Shown here piece after piece: positions 10,040 to 23,100 of a stretch of 64,000 bases of DNA (positions within the stretch are counted from its first letter, which is position 1; every line of letters starts with the position of its first letter). The DNA is from an uncultured Phycisphaerales bacterium. GTDB lineage: Bacteria; Planctomycetota; Phycisphaerae; Tepidisphaerales; Tepidisphaeraceae. The stretch spans positions 4,576,001 through 4,640,000 of the forward strand of contig CAVWVQ010000003.1 of the NCBI GenBank assembly GCA_963758525.1, written 5' to 3'. Below the pieces are notes generated by a model. It had not been told where the DNA came from. It worked only from the letters and a program-made list of their open reading frames with translations, and ran no database searches. Made by a program: the position numbers and the translations under genes.

Positions 10040-12068
10040 TCACTGTCCGACGACCGCGGCGGCGATGAACTGCTGCGCGAGTTGATCGATCTCTTGCTGC
10101 GCGTCAGCCAATGTGGTGACGAGCTTGACCGTTTCGTCGCTGGAGATGCGCTTGCGAGCACGCTCCAGGTCAGACTTGAACGTCCAGAGGCCGACGACCA
10201 GTGAAACGTCCGGGAAGCGGACCCGCAATCGCTTGGTGAGGTAGCGCGCATCCGAGGTGGCGGTGGGAGGCAGCGCCGAGATGCAGGCGATCTTCACCTT
10301 GTTTTTTTCGACGAGCTCCAGCACTTCCCCGCTGAGCACTTCGTGACTCACCGCTTCGGCGCAATAGCCCCGCAAATTCAAAAGCTGTGCCAGCATCATC
10401 CCCACCAACTCGTCGGCTTCATCGCGCGGGAAGACAGCAGACCTGCACCTGACAATCCTTCGGAAGACTCACCCGCGCATGGGCCAGCCGCGACACCGCG
10501 GCATCCTTCAGCGACGAGTCCGTCGAAGCTGCTGCCGCCTTGGCCGCCTCCGCGCGCGCCGCTGCCGCCTGCTCGCCCACCTCTTCGATCAGCTCGCGCA
10601 ATCCCTTGTGAACAAACTCCTGCCGCTGCTCATCAAGCTCCTCGTGCTGGCGATCGCGCTCGGCCATCGCAAGCGCGGGAATGAGGAGTTGGTCATACAC
10701 CTCTTCGAGTGATTTTTCCTTAAGGGACTGTTGCACTAATTCCGCCGCCTCTTCCTGGTCCAGCGCGATCAACCGCTGATACAAACGCACCGGCGGTTCG
10801 AGCACCGGCTCATCCCCCAGCAGGACGTTGAGGAACTCCAGTTGCGGAACATATTTGCCCAGAACCAGCAGGCATACTGTCATGGGCGTTGAAAGCAGCA
10901 GTCCGATCGGTCCCCACAGCGCCGTCCAGAAGACCGCCGAGATCAATACCGCCAGTGCCGACATTCCCGTGCTTGAGCCGTAGAGATAGGGTTCGACGAA
11001 CTGGCTGACCGTCACTTCAAATACAACGAATAATGACACGGTGGCGAAGAAAATCGCGTTGCCGGTGAACAGCGCAAACGAGACGGCGACGGGCAGCAGC
11101 ATCGCGATCCAGATGCCGACATATGGGATGAATCGAAGCAGGGTGCAGAGCAATCCCCAGAGCAGCACATTGGGGAATCCCTCATCGGCATGGCCGAGGA
11201 TGCGCCCGATCAGCCACAGGCCGCCGCTGACGGCGGCGCCGTAACAAATGTTGACCACCGATTGCGCCACGAGGTATCGCGTGATGCGGTGGCCCGCCTC
11301 GTCGATCGCCTGGGTCGTGAGATTCAGTTGTCCGTGTCCGAAGAGCCGGATCATCCTGTCGCGCAGGTCTTCGCGACCCAGCAGCATGAAGATCACCAGC
11401 ACGACGACCACGCTGGCTGTCGCGAGCGGCCCCAGCACCGACTGCAGATACTCCCACATGGCCGCAATCGGAGATTGCGGCGTGACAACGCGCACCGGTA
11501 CGGGATTCTCATCCGCGGGCTGAGTGGCCGGAGCCTCGCCCTGGTCCCCAGGACGCGCAGGGGAACCCAAGTTATGCGGCGATGGCACACCGAATGTTGC
11601 CCCAGGAACGTTCTCATGCAGCAGCGGGACGCCCGAAGGCGCCGAGCTTTGTGTTGTCGCCGGCTGGGTCGTTGGCTGCGCCGTGGCCACCACGCGCTCG
11701 ATTTCGCCCGTGGCTTTCTCGAAGGGCTTGAGAAACGCCCACACTCGCCCCAGCTTGTATTGAATGTTGGTCTTCGCCCGGGGAATTTCGTCGTTCCAGA
11801 CGGATTCCGCCTGCCACTTCACCACGTAGCCGATGCCCGCGAAGACAGACATCGACAGGAGTACAACCGTCAGCGTCGCCGCGGCGCGGTTGAACTTCCA
11901 TTGCTCCAGTTGCCTGACGATGGGAAACAGTGCGAAGGTGATGAGCGTCGCCAGCGCGATCGGGATCAGCACATCCCGTCCGACATAGAGCGCGGCGATA
12001 AAGACGCAGATCGCCGCCACGATGATCGAGCGCGACCCTTTCCCCAGTTGCACTTCTCGGCGAGCCAT
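10040..12068 (-). CDS. AI-2E family transporter with a C-terminal B12-binding-like domain (frameshift near 10420)
   Basis: Multi-TM; DLRDRMIRL, LRFIPYVG, EPYLYGSSTGMS, WGPIGLLLSTP; second frame ...ACISALPP...RLRVRFP. Confidence 0.88.
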
Positions 12069-12134
12069 CCAGTTTCCGATCTCCCGCGCCAGCGCGGGAA
12101 AGTAGAGCAGTAATCAGCAAAAAGATTCGCCCCC

Positions 12135-12261
12135 GTCCCTTCGTCCCACTATCGCTTCTTTCCTCGTACCCTCTATCCCTTCGTCCCTCTGTCCCTCCGT
12201 CCCTCTTCCCTTCTTGCCTTCGTGCCTTCGTGCCTTCGTGCCTTCGTGCCTTCGTGCCTTC
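12135..12261. repeat. 8-bp-period simple repeat (five perfect GTGCCTTC copies at 12222-12261 plus degenerate GTCCCTTC units)
   Basis: Read directly; lies between the divergent AI-2E and GT2 genes. Confidence 0.9.
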
Positions 12262-12319
12262 CCCCCCCATCCTACACCACTCGCACGCCGAAGCGGGATG
12301 GGTAGAATGTGACCGGCGC

Positions 12320-13078
12320 ATGATCGACTTGCCTTATCTATCTCTGGTAATCCCTGCCTACAACGAGGAGGAGACAATCAGCGTCCTGCTGAAGCGGTCC
12401 GGCGAAGCGCTTGCCGCGATCGGCCGGCCCTTCGAAATCCTGCTGATCGACGATGGAAGCAGCGACGGGACCCCGCGATTGCTGCACGAGGCGTTGTCGC
12501 AATACCCCTGGCTGCGCGTCCTGCGCATGGCCCGCAACGGCGGCCAGAGCGCCGCGTTTGACGCGGGATTTCGCGCCGCGCGCGGAAGACTCATCGCCAC
12601 AATCGACGCCGATCTGCAGAATGAGCCGGAGGAAATTCCCCGTTTAATGGAGCTCCTGGACGATTGCGACATGATCACCGGCTGGCGTCAGCATCGCAAC
12701 GACACCGGCTTGCGCCGCATCCAATCGCGCATCGCCAACTTCATCCGCAACTGGATCAGCCAGGAAGACATTCACGACTCGGCCTGCAGCCTCAAGGTGT
12801 ACAAGCGCGAGTGCCTGGAAGGAATGCAGCTATTCAAGGGAATGCACCGCTTCCTCCCCACGCTGGTCAAAATGCGCGGCTTCCGTGTCAAGGAAGTCCC
12901 CGTCTCGCATTGCCAGCGATTCGCCGGCACCCCCAAATATGGATTTCGCAACCGTGCCTTTCGCGCCTTCATCGATCTTCTGGCCGTCCGCTGGATGAAG
13001 AGCCGCTATATCCGCTACAGCGTGACCGAGGTGGTCGCCGAGCCGGCAATAGCAACCGCCACGGTCGCCGCTCGTTAG
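12320..13078 (+). CDS. Glycosyltransferase family 2 (polyprenol-phosphate glycosyltransferase-like)
   Basis: SLVIPAYNEE, IDDGSSDGT, NGGQSAA, DADLQN, MHRFLPTL. Confidence 0.92.
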   Translation: MIDLPYLSLVIPAYNEEETISVLLKRSGEALAAIGRPFEILLIDDGSSDGTPRLLHEALSQYPWLRVLRMARNGGQSAAFDAGFRAARGRLIATIDADLQNEPEEIPRLMELLDDCDMITGWRQHRNDTGLRRIQSRIANFIRNWISQEDIHDSACSLKVYKRECLEGMQLFKGMHRFLPTLVKMRGFRVKEVPVSHCQRFAGTPKYGFRNRAFRAFIDLLAVRWMKSRYIRYSVTEVVAEPAIATATVAAR

Positions 13079-13135
13079 GGGTCAACGCTCCCCAAGCCCG
13101 AATGTCGGAGCTTCGTCATTCGGATTTTCCCGCCC

Positions 13136-14170
13136 TCATGCAGTCACGCTCTGGCTCAGCGCATTGGACGTGCTGCCGGTGAAATCCGTGTCGCCGCTGT
13201 AGACGGCCGTCACCGAATGGCTTCCGATTGCCAGTGACGTTGTTGTCAGTGTGGCAACGCCGTTGTTCAGCGTTCCCGTGCCAAGTTCGTTTGCGCCGTC
13301 CATGAAAGTGATGGTCTGGGGAGCGGTGGGGGCGCCGCTGCCGGGACTGACTGCGGTCACCGTCGCCGTAAACGTCACGCTCTGGCCGAAGTGAATGGCG
13401 GTGGTCGTGTTCTTGGTCAGCTTTGTCGTGGTAGATGCCCGAATGACGGTCTGGGCGAGAGATCCGGAAGTGCTGGTAGTGAAGTCGGTATCACCACTGT
13501 ACACCGCTTTGATCGAGTTGCTTCCCACGGGAAGCGAGGTCGTGGTGAATGTCACAATACCACTAGTGACGGTTTTGGTGCTGAGAAGCGTGGCGCCATC
13601 CATGAACCTGACGGTGCCGGCTGGTGTGCCCGCGCCGGGGCTGACCGCCGACATCTTCGCCGTAAACGTCACGCTCTGACCGAACTTCAGCGCCGTGCTG
13701 GAACTCTTTGTGAGTGCAGTTGTCGTGGCTGCCTGATGGACCGTCTGGGTAAGAGAGCCGGATGTGCTGGTCGTGAAATTCGCATCGCCGCCGTAGACGG
13801 CCTTGATGGAATTGGAGCCTGCGGGAATCGTGGTCGTCGTCAACTTTGCGGTGCCATTGGTGAGCGCGGCGGTTCCGAGGACGGTCGAGCCGTCCATGAA
13901 AGTGACCGTCCCGGTCGGCGTGCCCGCGCCGGGGCTGACCGAGGCCGTTGCTGCCGTAAGTGTCACGCTTTGTCCATATGTAATGGCGGAAGTCGTGCTC
14001 TTGGTCAGCCTCGCGGTGGTCGCCGCCTGCCGCACGGTTTGGATCAGAGCGCCCGATGCGCTGGTGGTGAAGTAGGTGTCTCCGCCGTAGCGGGCAGTGA
14101 TCGCGGGATGGCTTCCAGCGGCCAGCGCGGTGGTGGTGAATGTTGCGATGCCGGCGCTGAGCGCGGCAGT
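13136..14170 (-). pseudogene. Orphan array of ~3.5 bacterial Ig-like (group 3) repeats with no N-terminus
   Basis: The open frame starts mid-domain (TAALSAGIATFTTTALAAGSHPAITARYGGD) 7 nt after the giant gene's stop, in a different frame; GQSVTFTA...TPTGTVTFMDG...YSGD repeats. Confidence 0.75.
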
Positions 14171-14177
14171 GACGCGA

Positions 14178-17100
14178 TCAACTGATCACCAGCGAATCGA
14201 GGTTCGGTCCATCGCTGCCGGTGACGGTGAGAAGGATTACATTGTTGCCGCTCAACAGCGTCGTGCTCAAAGCTGTTGTTGTCCAGGTGGTCCAGGAGCC
14301 GGTCGGGGCAAACGAGAGCGTGGAGACAACCGTCCCGTTGACGGAGAGGCTCACGGGGCGGGCGGCGGTCGAGCCGTTCGCGTAACGGAAGGTCAGCGTG
14401 GCCGCGCCGGCCGCACCTGCGGTCACGTTGAACTGAACCGTGGAATTCTGATTGCCGAAGTCGGCGTAGCCGGCTCCCGTATACCCGGCATTCGCGTGGG
14501 CGGCGACAGTTCCACCGCCGAGTGTGGCGTTCTCGGCTTCGTAGGTGACGGGGACTCGGACGAGCAGGGAGTCGAGGTTGGGTCCGTCGCTGCCGGTCGG
14601 CTGAAGCAAGATCGTGTTGTTCCCGCTCAGCAGGGTGGCGTTGAGTGTTGTCGTGATCCACGTGGTCCACGAACCAGTTGGAGCAAATGAGACGGTTCCG
14701 GCGACGGTGCCGTTGATGGTGACGGTCACCGGACGAGCGGCCGTAGATCCGTTGGCATAGCGGAAGATCAAAGCCGCCGAGCCGGCGCCGCTGGTCGCCA
14801 CGGTGAATTGGACGGTGGAATTCTGGTCCCCCATATCCGCGTAGCCGCTCCCGGTGTAGCCGCTATGGGAGTGCAGGGCGACGGTCGTGCCGCCGAGAGC
14901 GGCATCCTCCGCCTCGAACAGGACGGGAAGCACGGTCTGGCTGAGGGAGCCGGAAGTGCTGGCGGTGAAGTTGGCGTCGCCGCTGTAGACGGCGGTGATC
15001 GCTGAATGGCTGCCGACGGCAAGAGCAGTGGTGGTAAAGGCCGCCTTGCCGGCGCTGAGCATGGCGGTGCCGAGCGACGTGGTGCCATCCATGAAAGTGA
15101 CGGTGCCGGTTGGCGTGCCGGACCCCGGGCTGACGGCGAGCATCGTTGCGGTAAACGTGACGCTTTGGCCGTAGCTGATGGCGCCTGTGCTGCTCTTGGT
15201 CACCTGCGTGGTCGTCGCGGATTTGCTCACCGTCTGGGTCAGTGCGCTGGAAGTGCTGACGCTGAAGTTGGTGTCCCCGCCATACACGGCCGTGATCGAA
15301 TGGCTGCTGACTGCCAATGCCGCGGTCGTGAATGTGGCGATGCCGCTGATGAGCGTTGCCGTACCCAAAGTGCTCGAGCCATCCTTAAAGGTCACCGTTC
15401 CCGTCGGTGAGCCGGCGCCCGGGCTTGTTGCCATCGGCGCGGCGGTGAACGTCACGCTTTGACCGAACTTCGTGGCGGCGGTGGTATTTTTCGTCAGCTT
15501 CGTGGTCGTGGCGGACTTCGTCACGGTCTGAGTCAGCGTGCCGGACGTGCTGGCGTTGAAATTGGCGTTTCCCGCATAGACGGCGGTAATGGAGGTATGG
15601 CTGCCAATGGCCAGCATGCTGGTGGTGAAAGTTGCCTTGCCGGCGCTGAGCGCGGCGGTGCCGAGCGTCGTGGCGCCGTCCTTGAACGTAATGGTGCCAG
15701 TGGGTGTGCCGGTTCCCGGACTGACGACCGCCGTGGCGGCCGTGAAAGTAATACTCTGGCCATAGACGGCCGCCGCCGTGGTGCTCTTGGTCAGCGTGGT
15801 TTTGGTGTTCGCGACCGTAGAAACCACCGTCTGCGTGTCTGCGGAAGCGGGAGCGGCCTCGATATTCCCGACGTTGTCGGTTGCCACCGAGTAGAACGCG
15901 TAGGTATGTCCCGCCACGCCGGTGAAGTTCGACGTCGTGAGCGCGGTGTTCGTCAGCCAGGGTTTGAACGCTCCGCCATTATCGGAGTCGTAGATCGTGA
16001 AGCTTGCCACGCCCGAACTGTTCGTATCCGTGCCGCTCCACGAAACGGGGAAGCTGGTCGTCGTGGTGGTTGGCGGCAAGGCGCTGACCGCGCTGACCGG
16101 CGGCGAGGAATCGATCGTCACCAGATCCTGTTTGGTCGTGTCGATCCCCTTGCTCGGATCCTCGTCATCCGCCTGGTCCGTTGTGATCGGCGCGGCGCCA
16201 TCGAAGACAATGCTCGCGACGTTGGTGATCTGCGTTCCATTGGCGAGATTCGCCTTGGGCGCGACGGTGTAGCTGATGTACCCCTGCCCGCGGCCGGTGC
16301 CGTCTTCGGGCGGAAGGAACCCCGCCAGCACGCTGGGCGGCAATTGCGTAGTGGGGTCGATCGAGAAGAAGTTCGCGTATACCTCGCCGGTGCTGGTGTG
16401 AATGCCGACGTCGACCCCGACGTTGAATGTGATCCCGTCATACGTCATCGGAACCGTCGTCTGGTAGGTCTGTGAGCCTGCGGGGATGATGATGTTCGTA
16501 TCTCCGAAGCCAATCTGCGAGAGCTGGAACGTGCTCCAGTTGAGGTTGGGGCTGAGTTGATCGGTGATGTTCACTTCCTGAGCGGGCGCTGTCGCGGAGG
16601 AGCCGTTTTCGAATTCGATGTTATAGGGGAAGCTGCCGGCATCGGCGACGTAGTTGGCCGTACCGTAACCGGAGGGGCCGATTTTGGCGTTGGGATCGTG
16701 GGAATTTACGGCTTTGATGACTGCGCTAAGCAGATTCTGGGCAAGACGACCGAGTAAGTCGTTCAGCGTATCCAGTGTCTTTCCAGCCAACAGCCGGTAC
16801 AACTCGACATTACTGTAAATATTCTCCAGCAGCGCCCCGTCTGCATAGTGAAACGCTTCTTCGACGGCCGCATTACCGAGTCTCTCGATTGTCTTGGAAA
16901 AAGAGCCTCCAATCGCACCAAATGCGATTGACTCGACAAACTCAGCAGGCTTGAAGTCGTTGTTAAAATGCCCGATTAAATAGCCGTATTCGCTGCCAAT
17001 TGCGCTATAAAAGGCAGCTGCTCCGGCGGTCAGTTCTGCTCCGGCGGCTTCGACGGCGATAATTCCCGTGCCGTCGATCAAGAGAGAAGCGCCTCCGGTC

Positions 17101-20100
17101 AGACCGGCCAATCCGCCGGCAATCGCTCCACCGGTGACATCCCCTCCGAATTCCTGCCAACTAAAATCCTTGCCTGTCACCAAATGCTCGACCCAATATC
17201 CGGCCCCTCCGATCACACCGCCGGCAATCGCCCCGACGACCGCAGCGGCGACCGTGATAACGTGGCCGCTTGGATCGACAAAGTTCGTTGGCGAATTTTT
17301 AGCAAATCGGTAGAAATTTGGATCGCCTCCCCCAATGTTTATCGAGTCTGCACTTTGAAAGCGACCGGTCGTTGGATCGTATAGGCGAGCCGACATGATA
17401 TACGAGCCCGATGCCGCCGCAATGGCACCCATGCTCGCGTCAAACGTTTGTACTTGAGCGCCTGAGCCGGATGATTGCAGGAGGTCGCCGAACGGCCGGT
17501 AGGAATATGAATCTGCATACGTCCCAGTCGATCCCGAAACACCGGCTGTAGAGCCCATGTTGTCGAAGTCGAAGTACTGCTCCGCACCGGCGGTAACTGC
17601 GGCGGTTAGTCCGTATCCTACGACTTCATGCATAATCCCGGCCGTGGAGATCTCGTCGGCGATCAGACCCCCTGTTGGGTCGTAGTCAAATCCGGTCGTC
17701 ACGCCGGCAGAGGTCGTGGAAACACGCTGCCCCAGCGCATTGAACACATAGTTCGTCGTAACTCCCGAGGTCAACGAATTGGTCGTTCTGTTGAGCGAGT
17801 CATAACTGTCGGTTGTCACCCCGTTCGAGATGAGATTGCCGTCTTTGTCGTACGAGTAGGTAATTCCGCCGACGCTCGTGTACTCGTTCATCGAGTTGAC
17901 GGTGTATGTCGTGGTGACCCCGTTGATAACCGTGCTCGTGCGATTCCCCACCGCATCATAATTGTACGTCAAATCCTGATTCGCAATGTTCGAGTCCGTT
18001 GACGCGAACACCGCGTGCGTCAATTGGCCATCGCCGTCGTAGGTGTAGGTCCACGTGCCGTCTATTGTGGCTTCCGTCGCCACCTTGCCGAGGGCGTCGT
18101 AGGTGTAGTCGAATCGGCTGTTCACCGTCGTGCCGTTCGGGGCATAGTTGATCAGGTGCAGCACGTTGCTGTCGGCGTCGTAGGCGTAGGTGGTGCTCGT
18201 GCCGTTGCCGTTGACTTTTTTGCTCAGCCGGCCAACGGCGTCGTAGGTGTAGGTGACGACGGCGGCGCCGCTGCCGTCCGTCAGCCCGCTCAGTCGGCCG
18301 GCGGTGTCGTACTGGTAGTTCGTGGTGAAGCCGGTCTGGTCGACCATCTGGGTGCGCTGGCCGTCGGCGTTGTAGGTGAACTTGAGGTACAGGCTGCCGG
18401 GGTAGACGACCTCGGTCAACTCATCCTTGCTGTCGTAGGTGAAGGTCGTAGTGCCGGTGGCGTCGACGGCGGTCAGCAGGTTGCCGTGGGCGTCGTAGGT
18501 GTAGGCGTAGCTGGTTCCATCGGCGAAGCCTTCCTTCGTGAGCTGGCCGGCGGTGTTGTAATTGTAAGTGATCGCCTGGCTGTTTTGATTGAGAAACGAA
18601 ACCGGCTCGCCTAGCGGATTGAACGTGCTGGTGGAACTCGTGCCATCGGCGTAGGCGGTCGAAAGCAGGTCGCCCGTTGCGTTGTACGAGTAGCCGGTCG
18701 TGTTGCCCCTGGCGTCGGTCAGAGCCGTGAGCCGGCTGTCGGAGCCGTAGGCGAACTTCGTGGTGTTTCCCAATGAGTCGTTTAATGCAGTGACGTTTCC
18801 ATTTCCGTCGTAGGCGTAATTTTCCGTCAGCCCGGTGGAACCGGTGGTTTTGACGAGATTGAAAGACTGGTCATAGCTGGCGTAGGTGGCGTTGCCGAGG
18901 GGGTCAACACTCTTGGCGAGCAGGCCGTTGTCGTCGAAGTATTCCGTGCTCGCATCACCCAGCGAGTCCGTGGTTGTGACGCCGCCTTCGCTGTAGCTGA
19001 AGCTGTTCGCCTCGGCGTTGCCATCGGCGTGGGTCCCCGCGAGCCGGCCCTGGGCGTCATAGGTAAAATAGGAATGCAGCCCGCCAGGGGAGGTGATCGT
19101 GGTCAACTCGTTTTGGGCAGCGCCGCTGGTGGCGGTGCTGTAGGCGTAGCTCGTAGTCCTGCCGGCGTAATCCTTGACCGTCGTAAGCTGCTCGGCGGCA
19201 TTGTAGGTGTAGCTCGTGGTTCGGCCCGTCGAATCGGTTATCGAGCTGATCAGGCCATTACTGTTATATGCAATCGACAATGACTGACCGGACGAGTGCG
19301 TCAGGCTGCTGAGTTGGTTGCTCGTGTAGCCGGCGGTGATGCGGTTGCCGTCTGTGTCTTGAATGTAATGCAGTGCGCCGCCAGAGCTGAAATCCGTGAG
19401 ACTGCCATCGGGCGCGGTCAGAAGATAGCCACCGGCGCCGTCGGCGGTGAGCTTGTTGTGGTCTCCGGTGGAGGAGAAGTAGACACCGGCGTACCGGCTG
19501 TCGGGCTGGAAAACTTCTTCCGAATCGCCGCCGCCGAAAATGGTGGCTGTCCCGTCAGAGTCTATCAAGGCGTGGGCTTCCCATGGCGTCGACCAGCCAT
19601 AGCCGAGGATTCCCAGCGTATCGCGTCCGGTGATGGAACTGCTGAAGGACCGGCCGAAGGTGATCGACGCGCCCGGGGCGGTGACGCTGTCGTCTGCTGC
19701 CGACGTCAGGGTCGGCCCGATCGCGCTGACACCGTCGTCGGCCTGCTGCAGCTCGAATCCCCAAAGGCTCTGAATGTCGCTGACATTCTCACCGAGGCGG
19801 CCGAGATATGTCGCGCTGTTGTCGAGCATCTGCACGTAGCTCCCGGCGGTCGTACCGAGCTTGGCGAGCAGGTTTGATGAGATTGCGCTCCAGGCAGCAG
19901 TGCCGATCGTGGCCGGCTGCAAGCCCGCGAGCGTTGAGCTCCAGTTGACGGCGGTGGTATCTGTCGGTTGAACGGCGGAGAGGGAGAAGTTGATCGTTGG
20001 GTCGTTGAAGTTCCACTGGCTCTGAAGCCATCCGGCGTAATAAACGGGAATCCGCTCGGATTCGCCGGGCTGCAGGACGCCGGGGGTGTTCCCTTGCGCG

Positions 20101-23100
20101 AGAATTTCCACTGAACTCGAATAGCCGGCAGGGGTCGCCGACGTCCAATAGCCGGACGTGATGAGCGTTGGGTCGAGCGTCATGAACGCGCCGTGCAATT
20201 GCGTCGATCCGTCGGCGCTGGGACGCGATGCGTCGAGCGTCAGCAGTGGCGCGGCGATGGCGGCGGTTCCAGTATTGGAGTAATCGACGTAGAGCGTGGC
20301 GGCGATGTGATTTCCGATGGGATTGGGAATCTCGAGGTTCGTTGTGAGCGTTCCCGTTCCGCTGGCAACCATGGTGAATGCAGCGGCCAGTTGCGTCGTC
20401 GTTCCATTTTCAGCCACCTGCACGGCGTAGGTGCCGGCCGGCACGCTGCCGGCGGCGAAGGTCGCAGTCATCTGCGTCGGCAGATCGACCACCGACGAGC
20501 TGGCGGCGTATTTGGTGCCGCCGCTGGAAACCAGGCTCACCACCGCTCCGGCGGTGAAGCCCGCGCCCTGGAGGGTGAGCGTGGTGGCAGCCGTAGTAAC
20601 ACCGGTCGCCGGCGCAGCCGACGAAAGCACGGCGTGCGCAGATTGCACAAGCAACGTGTAGGTCGCCGGCGGCGAGGCCACCGATTCGTTGTAAACCAGC
20701 ACGTACAAGGTGCCCGGCTTCGAGCTTGGAATCAGCAGACTTTGGCCGGCGCCCGCGCCGGAAATGCCATAGTCGTATGCCGCGCACGTCGGGGGCTGAT
20801 TGAAGCTCGCATACAACTCATTATGGTCCGACGTATTGGCGTCGCTGAGGGCGATTGAGATTGGATCAGCCGATGTGATCGGGATCGCGAAGAGCTGCGC
20901 CTGATCGCTGCCAGTTGCGGAGCCGGTGTACATCGTGCCTAGTGCCAGGCTGGTCTGGTTCGTCTTCAGCAGCGTGAAGCCATACTTGCCCGCCTGTCCA
21001 TTGGCACCCTGAACCGTCAGCGTATAAGCCCCATCCGTCGGAAGGTTAATCAACGCGGTGGATGCGGTGACGTTGCTGAAAATGATCGCGCCATTTGGCC
21101 CCGTCAGGGTGTATGACAGAGACGAGCTGGACCCGCTGGCGAGCTGCAATTGCACCTGGGTATTCGCCGTCGCTGAAAAAGTATATTGGTCATAATCAAA
21201 CGGCGTGGTGATGTTGCCGACGACGCTCTTATTCAGGTCCAGCGTCTGGGCATTGGGAGTCGAGTTGAAAACACCAACAACATAGTTGCCGGTTGCTGTC
21301 GAGAAACCGGTCGCCGCGTTCACGCTGATCGTATAAATGCCATCAGTCGGAAGCTTGACGCCATTTACGGTGAGCACCTGTCCGGCGGCGGTGGCATTCT
21401 GCGTACCGAGGACAGTCGATCCATCAGGCGCAATCAGCGAAACACTCCCGTAATTTAATACGGGAGAGAACGCACCGAGAAAATTAGCCGCGTAGCCCGT
21501 GGTTGGATTGAGCAGCACCGACACGCTCTGCCCGGCACGGCCGAAGAAAGTCCAGGAATCGTTTTCGCCCGATGTATTGATGCGGCCGATGACCGGTGTG
21601 TCGAGGGGAAGCGAGGTTGGCGTGATCGGGCCCGTCGTCGGGGCTTTGATCATCTCGACGTCGTAGGCGCCACCGACTTCCCCGCCGCCGTAATCCTGCA
21701 CGACGATCGTGTAGGTGCCGGCCGTGGCCACCGAGGCAACCACTCCTGCGGACGTGTTGGTGGACGGACTGCCGGCGAAGCCTGTCCCATTGTTGTAACC
21801 GTAGCCATTGCCGGCCAGCGCACCGTCAGGCCCATAGAGATGCAACTCCGGCTCGAACGCGCTTGTCGGTGTCGCATCCTCGACGCCGGCATTGATTGTT
21901 TCCCCGGCCGCGGCGGTGAACGTGTAGACGTCCAGATCGCCGTAGTGGTTGATCGTCCCGGCTTTGGTCTGTCCGCTGGTGATAGTGCCACCGTCGCCAT
22001 CAGCGTCGGCGGCTTGTGTCGCCGGAGCGCCGTCGACCTCCAGATCGTAGGCGCCGCCGACCGTCGCGCCGCCGTAGTCCTGCACGACGATCGTGTAGTT
22101 TCCTGCTGTCGCCGCGGAGACGATCACCTCAGCGGAGTGCTGCGTTCTTGGGTCATCGGCGTAGCCTGTACCGCTGTAGTAACCGTAGCCAGCGCCGGCG
22201 GGCGCTCCATTTGGATCGTAGACACTCAGTTGCGGGTGGTATGTGCTGTCCGAGGTCGCGTCCCCAACGTCGGCGGTGATCGTTTCCCCGGCGGTGGCGG
22301 TGAACGTATAGACGTCCAAGTCGCCGAAGTGATTGATCGTTGCGGCCTTGGTCTGTCCGCTGGTGATGGCGCCGCCGTCACCGTCGGCGTCAGCGGCCTG
22401 TGTCGCCGGGGCGCCATCCACCTCCAGATCGTAGGCGCCGCCGACCGTCGCGCCGCCGTAGTCCTGCACGATGATCGTGTAATTCCCTGCCGTCGCCGCG
22501 GAGACGATAACCTCAGCGGACTGCTGCGTTCTCGGGTCATCGGCGTAGCCTGTCCCGCTGTTGTAACCGTAGCCAGCGCCGGCGGGCGCTCCATTTGGAT
22601 CGTAGACGCTCAGTTGCGGGTGGTACGTGCTGTCCGAGGTCGCGTCTCCGACGTTGGCGGTGATTGTTTCCCCGGCCGTGGCTGCAAATGTGTAGACGTC
22701 CAGGTCGCCGAAGTGATTAACCGTGCCGGCCTTGGTCTGGCCGCTGGTGATCGTGCCACCATCGCCGTTGCTGTCGGCTGCCTGCGTTGCCGGAGCGGCG
22801 TCGACCTCCAGGTCGTAGCTGCCTCCGGTCTCGTTGCCGCTGTAGTCCTGCACGATGATCGTGTACGTTCCTGCGGCCGCCGCGGTGACGATCACCTCAG
22901 CGGAGTGCTGCGTTCTTGGGTCATTGGCGAAGCCGGTCCCGCTGTTGTAACCATAGCCGTTGCCGGCGAGCGCTCCGTTGGGGCCGTAGACAGTCAGGTC
23001 CGGCGCGTACGTGCTGACGGAGGTCGCATCGCCAACGCCAGCGATGATCGTTTCCCCGGCTGTTGCCGCGAACGTGTAGACATCGAGATCGCCGTAGTGG

